Positions 14,248 to 27,059 of a stretch of 64,000 nucleotides of DNA are shown here, piece by piece (position 1 is the stretch's first letter; the number at the start of each line of letters is the position of its first letter). The notes below the pieces were generated by a model. The model was not told the origin of the DNA. It did not search any database and saw only the letters and a program-made list of their open reading frames with translations. The position numbers and the translations under genes are program-made. This stretch comes from Bigelowiella natans CCMP2755. Lineage: Eukaryota; Protista; Cercozoa. Where the stretch lies: NCBI GenBank assembly GCA_000320545.1, contig ADNK01003366.1, forward strand, positions 1 to 64,000, given 5' to 3'.

Positions 14248-15009
14248 CACTCGTTCACTCACGCACTGCCGACGTTGTTGCGATCGAACGATTGGTTGCA
14301 CATTGCTGGGTTGGTTCAGAGCCCGTGATGCACGCTGGCACGCTGGCACTTCATGCTTGTCCCTGCGCAGTGGTCGCTCTGAGTGGACAAAGTGTTTGTC
14401 ATGCAATGTGTGTCGTTGCCGGTGGATGCGAGTGTTTGGAGAGGAGGTGCTGGAACCAGGCACTTCTGACAATCCGTTCGGTCCGGTTGCGCCACTCTGG
14501 CGGCATTTGTGCAGCTCTAGAGCTCAGCAAAATCATTCATTGCTTGACAAAATTGTCGTTTGCCCTGAGCGTGCAACACAGAGCGATCTGATCCAGTTGC
14601 AGTCCGTCATTGCTAGATTGGCGTTGGGTGGGCGGGACGCTTTTTGGACATTGCACGAACAATCGCAATTGCCATTGTGAAGCAGCTTCTTCCGACCGAG
14701 TGCCAGCTAACCAGACTAGCAGATTGTGCCGTGCATGCATGCATGCCGAAGCATGACTAGATGATGACGGCGTGTGCATGCAGTTCAGATCCTGACGGAC
14801 TGCACGTGCAGCACCCATCTAGCCATTGTCGTGTTCGACCATGTCATGTGCACACATCATGAATGTGACACGGATGATCATTGCACACGAAACAATGAAC
14901 ATGGCAATGGAACAACATTCCAACACAGATCTAGAAATCTAGAAATGTTTGTGAATGATCGAGCTGTTGGATGGTCATTGACACATTGTGATCACTTCAT
15001 TGCATCCAT
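13500..15009 (-). CDS. Hypothetical membrane protein with probable signal peptide plus transit-like leader; 5' half lies in a TpA-free island
   Basis: Hand-spliced frame ..MGAARAVRQDLNSGTRSEEAASQWQL..RRQCGVISACSF..AQYKMIRNIMFMSTGSAMVAALAVTKLGACFVATAIGAGAGFFATSAEERRQ. It requires three GC-AG introns (14707-14781, 14517-14563, 14379-14419). Confidence 0.6.
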
Positions 15010-15319
15010 GAGCTAGTGAGTCTCATGCATGAACATTCATGACAATGTTGCGATTGACAAGAAAAATTGTCATCATTAGAAGGAAAACGTTTTAAAAAAA
15101 TGTTTGCTGTTAAATTTGTCCTAGTGACGTATGCATGCAGTGTCCATGTTCGAACATGCATGACAAGCACATGCAATGAACGATAAGTTGCACAGGAACC
15201 AAAGCGGTTTTCAGCATGCCAAATAAGTTTGCGTTTATCTGCGTCTCAGCTCTGAACTTATTTCAGGCCTGCATTTTCATCTGCAAACTTACATTTAAGC
15301 TCACTTGTGAGTGAAGCAT

Positions 15320-15456
15320 TTATGGCCTTGCACTTTTCTTACAAATGGGGCATGAGCTCTTTTCCTGGAATCAAACATGAAATGAAAAATTTAGATATTG
15401 TTGGCTTCCATGCGACGATAACGACACAATCCAGCAGTAGCAGCAACAACATGTAT

Positions 15457-15488
<32 letters not shown>

Positions 15489-15608
15489 TTACTACTACAC
15501 GACCATTTAGTGACATGCGACGATAACGACACAATGCAGCAGTAGCAGCAGTAGCAGCAACATGTATTACTGCTGTAGTAATACTACTACTACTACGACG
15601 ACGATGAT

Positions 15609-15641
<33 letters not shown>

Positions 15642-15873
15642 CTGCAACCAACGATCAATGCATTCACGATGGAATGCATGCATGCATGGTAAACGACGAA
15701 CCAGCTAATGATATACACGACCAACGACAAAAGATCAGCGATAAACCCATTAAGACAGACGCAAAGGGTGTGTACTTACAATGAACAACAACTTGCTAAA
15801 CAACTGCATACATACATTATTAGGATCAAAATGAAGAAGCACAAAACAGCACTATTATCATTACCATTCTCAT

Positions 15874-15912
<39 letters not shown>

Positions 15913-16191
15913 AGAAAGAAGCGTTATTAATATTCTGCAGTAGTAAGTATTACCTGGCCTACCACTTGGTCTTCCAAACAAATGCAGCAGTTTTGCACCT
16001 TAACATAATATATGCAAGCGATTTATCAAGATTACTGCGACAAATACTAAAGAGAGTGATGATGACGATCATGAAATGGATGACAATGACATGACTCAGC
16101 GGCGATGTTTTAGTATGTAATGGCGCATGGACTTAAAAACAACATACAATCACTGAAAATAAGAGAGAAAGAAAGAGAGTAAGAAAGAGAG

Positions 16192-16231
<40 letters not shown>

Positions 16232-16552
16232 GACCCACCTTGGCATCTTTTCTCTCCGTGATTACATTTGTAGGTAGGACTGATATTTCTGCTTCAGATA
16301 ATCCTTGTTTGCGCTCTTCTAAGTTCTAACAGAAAGTTGTGAAATGAGGAGGAGGAGGAGGAGGGGGAGGAAGAGGAAGAAGAGGAGGAAGAGCTAGTAG
16401 GCAGTCACTCATGACCATCGTTCCCTTCTTCTTCTTCTTCTTTCTTTATACGCCGTTCTTCTCACTCTTACTACTCTTAACCTACCCTCCTACTATCAAG
16501 GTTTGATAAGAGCTCATAGTCGTTAGGAGTAAGCTCCTGCAACAATAACAGT

Positions 16553-16590
<38 letters not shown>

Positions 16591-16864
16591 CAAGAATTAT
16601 GTTAAATTTTCAAAATCTTGCTCTATCATCATCGTCGTCGTCGTCATTATCCTCATCCCCACCATCATCAAGATACCCCATAACTATTGTTTTGTTTTCC
16701 CCCTCTTACTCTTACCCTCATCATCATCGAAAGCATTGCATAATGACGGATTGGGAATTCTGATGATGAAAATAAGAGGAGGAGGAGGAGATGAAGGAAG
16801 CTAAGAACGATAGCTACATCATGCTACGCCTTTTGGTCTCTACGATGTTGATGCTTTAATGAAC

Positions 16865-16899
<35 letters not shown>

Positions 16900-18866
16900 C
16901 ATGCCATTAGTGAATTGTGTAACTAACTACTTTTGATAAAAAATGATAACATGATATGATTATTATTATTACTGAGTAGATGTCTCTTTCATTTGAACGA
17001 CACTTAGTTATGGTAGTAAACATCATCATAATCATCATCATAATCATCATCGTGGTAGTAGCAGCAGTAACAGTAGCAGCAGTAACAGTAGCAGTAGTGT
17101 ATCAAAAGTAGTAGTAGTACCAGGAGAATAATTTGGAATAGGATAAAGCTGATCAACGGACGATTCACCAATTCCTCTCTGCAGAGCCATTCTTCTACGC
17201 TGCTGCAGCTGCTATTGAATGTGTATGGTGTTTGTATAGGTCTATTTATTTATATTCATGCACATGTGCCTTTTAATGTAACCGCAATAAAAGCCTTTTC
17301 TTCTAAGAATACTACTTCTTACTATAGTAGCACGATGCTCCTCCTTATGATGATGACGATGATGATGATAGTGATAATGATGACGATGATGACGATGATA
17401 ACGATAAATAGATAGATGATAGATTGTTCGTATTATGCTGATGTTGATAATGGTGATGATGAGCTTACTCACCATAGCCTCATAATATGCGCGACTAAAT
17501 CGATGAAGAGATCTGCCACCACCTCCTCCTCCTCCAAATCCTCTTCCGCCTCCCCTTCGAGCTCGAGCTGTTAGCCTTATTCTTCCTCCTAAATCCCTCG
17601 CAACTGTAAGAAGAAGCATATTCAATTTAAATGTAATCAATGCGAGCACCCGTACACACACACACACACACACGTACACACGATATGCTATACTCGTATA
17701 CTACATAGATAGCTCACACAACATCTACTCTGATGATGTGTTAAGTGAGTTATAAATTGTAAGTTGGAGGTAGAAAGGATGGTGTACCCACCAGAAGTGC
17801 GGACGACTACTACATCATCAGCATCATCATCATCTTCTTCTTCTTCTTCTTGAGTTGGATAATCCGGAACAACCTTTTCATTAATAAAAACAGAGATTCT
17901 TAATTTTTGTAATACTAATTTCCTTTTTAGTTTGGCTTTTAACAGTGATGTTCGTTATACAATTGCACTATTAGTAGCAGTTCTTCCGACCGGTTGGGAT
18001 GAGGAAGACGATAGTTCCTGACATTATTATATCCCCACTTAGTACAGTACGATGATGAAGATGAAGAAGAATGCTGATTATGATAATGATGATGACGACG
18101 ACAACGATGACGTGCTTTTTATTATAATTCAACAAATAACTATCCTACTCACCCGGTTTCTTGTTCTTCTTGTTCTTCTTAGTCTACTTGTTCTTCGTCT
18201 TCCTTGTGTTTTTCCCTCATCATCATCATCATCATTACCGTTCCCATCACCACCACCACCACCAACATCATCTTCATCGCTCACTAAATCAATTATAAAT
18301 CGGTTGTTGTTGTTGTTGCTGCTGCTGCTGTTGCTTCTGCTGCTGCTGCTTAATCGTCGTCGTTGTAGTAGCAGGTATCTTCCTCTTTCATTGCTTAAGG
18401 ATGGTTGCAGGAGGAGATTACAACGATGATGGGGAGAAGGAGGAAGAGGAGAAGGAGGAGGAGGAGGAGGAAGTATTAGGACATAAAGATTTTATGAGAA
18501 AGAGGGAAAAAGATGAGTATAATTACTACAACCTGTTTGCCAGGCCACTGCTGCTACTGCTGTCTGCTGATGACATTTGCATCATCATAACCACCACAAC
18601 AGTAATGGGAATTAGAATGAGTGGCCAACAACGTTTTGCATATTATAAACGAAAAAGGCGATAGTGTATAGTAATTAATACGAGCATAAACTCACTAATA
18701 TATGGTACATAGTAATTAATACGAGCATGAACTCACTAATAAATAGTATTATTATCATGATCTCTCATCCTGTCCTTCTCAAAGCCAGCCATTGCTATCC
18801 CAACATCATCAATGCTGTGTTTCTATTTTACTTCATCCCCAACGCTTCATGATTGCACTACTACTA

Positions 18867-18898
<32 letters not shown>

Positions 18899-20204
18899 AC
18901 TACTGCTGCTGCTACTACCCCTACTAACACAACTACTACTACTACTACTACTACCACTACTACTACAACTACATGGATAGTGTGATAACAACAACAACAA
19001 CCTGATGGTGGTGCTGCTACTGATTGAGCCTGTCGGAGCGCTGTTGCTTGGAATGCGCTACTGTTCCCCCGGCTACTGGAGGTAGGAGATGTAGAAGTTA
19101 TAGAAAATCCCCTCCTCCTCCTCCTCCTCCTCCGCCTCCCCCTCAAATTGCTGTTGTTGCTGTTAACAATATTGTCTTCTCTGCTCATATTGCTGTTATT
19201 AGGGCCGCCTCCTCCTCCTCCTCCTCCTCCTCCTCCTTCTCGACCCTGTTTGCCATCTCTTCTTGTAGATTGGTGGGATTGAACGGATGGCGATGATAAG
19301 GAGGGCTGGGAGACTACACCAGAAACTAGTGCGGATTTTCTCTTCCTCCTACTACTCCTCTTCCTCCCATTGATCGATGAGGATGGGTGGTGTTGCGTAG
19401 TACGAGCAGCTGCTTGTGCTTTTTCGTTCCCTCGACTGCTATTAGGTGCTCTGATGATCCTACTGCTACTGCTGCTACTGCTGCTGGTAGCGGCGTTGGT
19501 GTTGAAACCAATTCTAGATTCTCGTTTTCCTGGGGAGATGAAGAAACATCATATTTAGGACACGCACGAAAATTTAGCGTGTGCGAAAACAAAAATGATG
19601 CGGAAGGAAGGAGAAAGGACAGGAGGAGGGAGTCACAAGGAGGAAGGAAGAGGCTGCCACTGTTGAACAATGGCTGCATCAACTAAATCACGCACCTGAT
19701 GATGATTCTCCAGCAGTTCCTTGAAATCTGAACGTTATAATGTGCTTATGGTTCACAATCGAGGAAGGATATCATCAATCGAAGGATGAATGGATGCATA
19801 AATTATGGAACTTGTTTTGGGGTAGATGCTGTATTTGTTGTCTACGTCATTTGGCCTTCTTCTACTTCTTCTTTCTTGTTACCTAACTGTAGGTCTTCGA
19901 GCACGTTTTGATCTGCGAAGGCTAGCCGAGGTGTAATAGCCTGAAACTCCACTGTTACTTGCAGCAGTGGCGTTGGAGATAGTATTATAATTGGAATGAT
20001 GAGGAGGAGGTGACTGAAGTCCAGAATGATGATGACTTCTTCCCGATGGGAGGAGGAGCTGCTGCCTCTCCTCTTTTTTGGAATCGTCATCTGAAACAAC
20101 AATAGCATCAACTTTAGTCCTAAGATTACGATATAAATAATAAGCAAACCTGGTGAAACCCTATTATCTCCCCTCCCTCGGTTGTTGGATCGTCTTCGTG
20201 GCAT
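15320..20204 (-). CDS. RING-H2 E3 ubiquitin ligase (SDIR1/RNF38-like C-terminus) with long low-complexity N-terminus
   Basis: Spliced C-terminus [40 protein letters not shown]|[21 protein letters not shown]|[14 protein letters not shown]. Start at [12 protein letters not shown] is tentative. Confidence 0.85.
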
Positions 20205-20738
20205 CGTCTCGTTCTCTGCTTCCGGATGGGGTCTGGCCTTTCACCATAACTCCGAGGACAGACGATAAGCCAAGGTACGGCAACACAAACAACAACTTAT
20301 TTTAGACAGTTTCTACCTTAGATATTAGTACGATATTTTTATGTCCAATTGTCCATTTTCTGCAACTTCCGGACTTGTCGTTGTGTCTCCTTATTTATTG
20401 TTGTTTCAGAACATATGATAAATTAGGCATGCGACTTGATATTTATCACAGGATTATTTGAGATGTCAATAGTAAATAGTAAATAATATATCGGGTGCTC
20501 ATCGGCCTATTGCTTATTATTACTTCCAACACGAGAAATCCGAACGGCCCGGACTGAGGAGAACACCACCGGAAATTTATACGAAAACGCTGCGCCCAGG
20601 AGGAGGAGGAGGGGGAAGAAGAAGAAGCAGGAGAGAGAGAGAGAGCGCGCGAAAGGGAGCAGTGAGGGGGCAGATACAGAATGGCCACAGGTATCCTAAT
20701 GAACTCAGTAAGGGATAATGAATACATTTGGTTACAAA

Positions 20739-21229
20739 ATGGGAAGAGGGAGGAGGAGCCGTGGAGGGTAGCGATTCTGAAAGTAGTAGTCTCCACGCGT
20801 TGTTGATGATTTCGCTTATTTGGTGACAACATAGGGAGCGGTTTGTTCTCACGGAAGAAGGTTAAGCGAAAGTTGGACGTGTTGCCGTATCTTCCAAGGG
20901 AAACAATCAAGGTTGCAAGTTCGATACGCATCGACTAAACTAACAATAGGAGGGAGGTACGGAACATAATACATTGCCGCATATATGACGCAACTTTTAA
21001 CCTTCCAGGATGATTTAGTCGATACAGAATCAGCATCTATCGATGAGAGAACCGGTAGATTATTATGCGCAAGTGTGACCCCCCTCCCCCCGGTCCTCAT
21101 CCTTTTTTTTTTCCTCCTTTACATCGCGAAAAAATAGAGAATTGTTTGGTGTTCTCTTTGCTGCCCCCCCCCCCCCCCCCCAACTTCCTGTCTCTAAGCC
21201 CTTATATTTCTAAGACTACCCCATTATTA

Positions 21230-21268
<39 letters not shown>

Positions 21269-21691
21269 GATATTGAAGCTTCAAGCAAGTGACATGGGAG
21301 CGATCCTCAAGATGGCTTCTTTCTCCGAATTCGTGAGCCAAATAGCTTACGACCCCTCCGTTATCAAGTTCATCGATTCGTATTTATGGTATTTATGAGA
21401 CGGCAGTGGTTGTGGTGGTTGGTGGTAGGAGTAGTAGACATAGTTGATAGCTATAGCTGCTTCCTCCTGCTGTAGTTGTAGCGCCTCCCCTCCCCACAAG
21501 CACCTTTTGCTGCTGGTATCTGGTGTGGAGCGATCGTTTATGAATTCTCATTATTTTTTGTGGTTGAATGTAGGTATTCAAGGGGAAATATTGACACTTG
21601 CGATGACGACGGTAAAAGCATACATGTGTATGTGTATGTGCGTGTGTATGTGTATGTGTGTGTGTGTGTGTGTGTGTGTACGTCAAAGCCA

Positions 21692-21736
<45 letters not shown>

Positions 21737-22231
21737 CACTGCGTGTTTGTGTTTATGAATGCGCACAACTTAATTGCTCCTACTACTCCTACTCCTTCTC
21801 CTCCTCCTCCATCTCCTTCTCCCCATCCTAATCGCACGTATGTAGAGGTGCTGGCGTTGGAGAAAGACTTATCAACGAAAGTTCTTATGGTGTTGTACCG
21901 ATTGACAAGTTCTCCAGACGCTATGAATAGTAGCAGCAGGACCACGACGACGACAGCAGAGGTCATCATCATCATGATACTGCTGCTGCTGCTGCTGCTC
22001 ATGATTTATGACATTATATTAATGTCTTCCAATTCTCTGTGTCGTTCGTTCGTCGCATTGAACAACATGCTGATGATATTATTCAGACTACTAATACTAC
22101 TGAATTGGGCGAGCTGATGTTTGAAAATTGGCTCTTCGACACGCCAAAGATGATCGATATATCCCGCCTCTACTTCCAAAATAATCCTAAAATTACAAGA
22201 ACAATCCTTGAAAATGTGCTTAAGGTTAGTT

Positions 22232-22274
<43 letters not shown>

Positions 22275-22814
22275 GTCTCTCACCTTCTCTCCCGTACTAA
22301 TCACTGTTTTTCCACTGCATTTGCTCCTCCTCCTCCTCCTCTGGCTTTTCTGGTCCTTACTACTTGTGATTATTCAAAGCTTCAGCCAAATTACCATGAG
22401 GATATTCGCGGCAATATGCATGTTGTGGCAAAGACTTTGACGTACGTACGAAGATACATGATAACCAACTTCTTCTTGTTGTTGCTTTTGAGTGTTATCA
22501 TCATTATCAACATCGCAACAACATCATTATCATCATCATCATCCCTACTACCACACACAACATCATCATTATCCCAACTACTACTACTACTCTTACTACT
22601 ACTACTACTACCAGATCTTTCCTGTCTCGATATGAGAAGACAAAGAACGGTATCAATCAGGAATCTAAGAAACTTTTAGCAGATCGAAAGTAGTACCACC
22701 ATCCATCACCACCAGTAGTAGTAGTTATCATGTTCATTAGGTTGTTGTTGTTGACTGTATCTGTGGTTATGCTTTTAATACTGTAAATGACTCCTTCTTA
22801 GCACAAAGAACACA

Positions 22815-22849
<35 letters not shown>

Positions 22850-23222
22850 TACAGACAAATGGAGAACAAAATATATACTACTACCAAGTCCTTATTTTCA
22901 CCAACTGCCCCCCCTCCCTTGATATAATCCATATGATGATACTGCTGTTGTCAATGATGATGATTCAATGATTCTACTTACTTACAGCGGCCTGATCGAT
23001 ATATGCTCGGGTGTTGCAAGCTTCGTGTCTGCGTATCCCCCAGCAGCAAAGATCTTGCTTGATGGCCGCTTGAAACTCATACCCACGGTATGTATGTATG
23101 TATGTATGTATGTGTGTGTGTATGTATCATCGAATTTTGTGACCTTAATGATAGTGATTTATTTATTGTAAATAGTAGGAAATGATCCTTCTCCTTCTCA
23201 TTCTTACTGACATGAATATATA

Positions 23223-23259
<37 letters not shown>

Positions 23260-23901
23260 AGTAGGTAGTTTCTATCATAGAGATTGCACTTCCTGTGATG
23301 GAGGCCGACTTAAGCACATTGCTGCAACGAGGGGGAGGGGGAGGGGGAGGAGGAGCACACAGAAGGACAGACGACGAAGAAGGTAGCAAATACCCCCCTT
23401 CGATATTGTCAACTTATCACCCTCCTCCTCCTCCTCCTCCTTCTTCTTCTTGTCGTCTTGATGATCATGATATGATATGATATGATAAAATAACAGCAAC
23501 CTCCTGCAAGATAGCACGTATCACTGCAATCGAGTTAATACACAGCCTCGTTGTTAGCGTATTTGCTGGTGAAGATACCAAGGCTGCATCAGCGCTTGAT
23601 CGAAGAAAGAAGAATAAGACGAAGGGTGGTAAGAGAGGAGGAAGAGGAGCAGAAGCAGCAGCGGACAACGTCATGAAGAAACTGACCCAAAAGATCTCAA
23701 GAAATAGTCCAGATTGCTATGCAACGTTTATGGCAATGTTGCAACCAGCGGCCTCCAAGAAGATCAGGCCAAAATCGGTATGAATGGATGATGATGTTGA
23801 ATATAAGCATGAATAGACCAATGGATATCATCACGACGACGACGACGATGATGATAATAATGATGATGGATGTTTGTTGCTGTTTGGGAGTGCTTTGTAG
23901 T

Positions 23902-23936
<35 letters not shown>

Positions 23937-24100
23937 TGCTGCTGGTGGTCTGAACCTATTTATTACTACTCATACTATCCGTCAGATCATGCGTGAAATT
24001 GTCCGGCCCTTGGAGTGTCTCCGGTTGTTTCACTACGCACATCCCTTGCCAGCATTGATGGATACGTGTATGAGGAATGGATTTCTTGATAAGGACCAGG

Positions 24101-24135
<35 letters not shown>

Positions 24136-24739
24136 GCAGTATCACCAAAGGAAGAGAAGACACACAGCGAGAGGGAGAGGAGAGAGCGTAGCAGGCACCG
24201 ATGATAATGATGATAATGATGATAATCATGATCATGATGATGATGATAATCGATTTCATAGTCGTGAAAACTATCATGCCCTTCCTCTTCCTCCTCCTCC
24301 TCCTCCCCCCCCCTCTCCTTCAATCAAGGTTGGTTTTCTCACTCGTGCACTAGAGGGTGAAGTAGGTTCTTTATCTTCTTCATCGTCATCAGCTCTCACA
24401 GCAGCAGCAGCAGGTCCTCGTACAAAAGAGACAGAAAGGAACTGCGTGGCGAACCTCAAACAAATCTTTGGATTTTCTCCAGACTTTGCCGATGAGTGTG
24501 CAAAGCGGTATTTTAGAAGGAGGAGAAGAAGGAGAGAGTAGAGAGGAGAGAAAAGGGGGAGAGAACATGGAGGGAAAAGAACAACCTAGATTAAGTTATG
24601 GCAGCCTGTTGGTATTTTTATGATCGAGAACAATGAATGATTGCTTGTGTTTCGTTGATAAATCGCTTCTATTCTTCTTCCCTCTCTTTTTGTATCATTA
24701 GATGCTGATGCGCACGAGTAATATTATTGTACATCATTC

Positions 24740-24786
<47 letters not shown>

Positions 24787-26061
24787 CTTTCTTCTCCTCG
24801 TATAGGTATAAGTACGACCAGCAGAAGGCTGTGAGTGCTGTTATTGAGCATAAGCTGCCAAAGGACCTAAGATCGGTTGTACGATTCATTCATTCACTCA
24901 CTGACTACTCTCTTCACTGCTGCTGCAACAACATTGTGTATCTAATATGAAAGTCGTTTGCATGTTATGAGTCTACAATGTTGTTTTTCTTGTTCTTGTT
25001 GTTTTTATCAAGGTTCATGACCCCTCGAAATGGATAAGAGGCAGGACGATGAGGACTCTTCAAGCTTCTTCTTCTTCGACTAAAGATGATGATAATAATG
25101 ATGCCAAAACGAAGAAATCCCGACGACAACTCAAGTTGCTAAGGAAAAAGCAGCAGCTGTACTACTACTACTACTACTACTACTACTATGAGTCCTTTCT
25201 ATGCGTATGAATATGTTATTGATCGACTTACTACTCAAAATCCTTCAACGCCTATCTATAATGAATGATACTTCTCCCAACAAATCACAGGTCATCATTC
25301 GATGACAGCAGGAAGAATGCCTCAGAGTACATGATTGAGAATCCGGAGGAAAGGCAAGTTGTTACTCTTTGTGTTGTTGTTTTTATACTATGGCATGAAG
25401 TTGAAGATAGATGGATATAGAGGCATTTAGAAGAATCACCACACTAATTCGAACAACACGAAGAAGAAGAACATGCGAGAAGGCGCAAGCAGAATCAACG
25501 TTGTAGCAATATAGTAGTAATGTAGTAGTAGTGTGATTGTTAACTGCTTTTCTATACAAAAATAATAGGAAGTTCATCCAACGGCTTATGAGAAAATATT
25601 GTGGTATGTTTCTTCGAATCATCTCGTCGCCATTATAAGCGACGATGTCCATTGAACAAACGGAAAATAAGTATACGTATGATCTCCGGTCACAGTGGAC
25701 ATTCATTCACGCTAATTCGAATTGATGACGAAACTTGCATATGCTTTTGTACATGATGATACTGGTGCCTTCTGATTTGTTTCTTAATATTTGATGTCAG
25801 TTATGAATCAATTTACGACTGCTGTGTTATAAATATCCCATAGATGAGTATGAGGATGAACCTGATGACGGATTAGCACCATTTGAGGACAATACCTTTG
25901 ATGTCGGTGATAGCAACGACACCGCGTATCTGACCACAAAGACGAAGACAAGGAAGGGGAGGATGATGATGAAGAGTAGTAGTAGTAAGAAGAAGACTCC
26001 TGGGGGTGGGGGTAATGACGATGGCGACCAGGACAACGATGAAAACTATGCTGCTGCTGAT

Positions 26062-26096
<35 letters not shown>

Positions 26097-26649
26097 TGAT
26101 GATGTCGACCATGGCGACCAGGACAACAACGACCAAAAAGTGAGTAGTCATATTTCATTTTTGAGTGCGAAGGATGATGTGTTCCCAGCATGCATGACCT
26201 ATCCATAGGAAGATAGATATCATGGTGTTAACGATGAAGACGATCATGGAACAATTGACTGCGACAACTCATGCTTTTGCTTGTTGCACTTCCTTAACTG
26301 AAAACAGGTAAAATCCTCCTCCTCCTCTAGGACGTTCAAGCAGCCATCCTCTTCGATTGGAGAAAGCAAAGAAAAATCTAATACTAGCAGGCAGAGGGCG
26401 GCACGAAGTAAAGGCAGGAGTAATAATCAAAATACAGGAGGAGTTCCTTCATCAACATCATCTAGTGGAAGAAAACGAGGAGGGAGGGGAACAGGAAGGG
26501 GAAGAGGCAGAGGGAGAGGAGAGGGGAAAGGCCGTGGCAGGGGGGGAAGCGCCCGCAGTCGTGCTCACAAAAATAAGAACAAGGCCAAAATCGGCAATCA
26601 CAACCGGAAGGCACGAGCAACAAGGAAAATGGCCAAGGCGGGACTTTGA
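20739..26649 (+). CDS. ASCC2: Activating signal cointegrator 1 complex subunit 2 (CUE-domain protein)
   Basis: LPYLP; DMGAILKMASFSEFVSQIAYDPSVIKFIDSYL; VLMVLYRL; FENWLFDTPKMIDISRLY; CUE-like NLKQIFGFSPDFA..AVSAVIEHKLPKDL; YEDEPDD; C-terminal KAKIGNHNRKARATRKMAKAGL*. Confidence 0.85.
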
Positions 26650-27059
26650 TGCAAAATTTCTGCACTCAAGCACTGCAAGCACAGCACAGCAAGCTAGCAT
26701 CTTAGTTGCCCTGCTAGCCTGTGTCTAGCGTGGCCACGCCTACTAGCCTACACAGCTAGACAGCGCACTGCTAGACTACGCAATGCAATCATTACTAGCA
26801 TGCCTCATTGCTGTCTAACTGTCCATCACATCAGTCGTTGCATTGCAGCGCATCGCTGGCTGTGTGACGGGAGATTGCACAAGCAAAGCTCTCACATGTG
26901 TGTGCATCACAGTTCGCGCTTTCATGGCTAGATCTAGAGATGGTACGACAGGTCTGGAGCTGGCAACTTCTGACACTTGTGGACTTGCTTGGTTCCACAG
27001 TTCTGGAGTTGCATGTCTAGATGTGTTGCGTGAGTTGTCCGCATTGCTAGCCATGCGTA

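Noticed and set aside
14208-15075. Classical RIP or CpG-methylation decay as the cause of TG/CA excess
   Set aside because: CpG remains common in the island and TpA is lost, the opposite of C->T processes.
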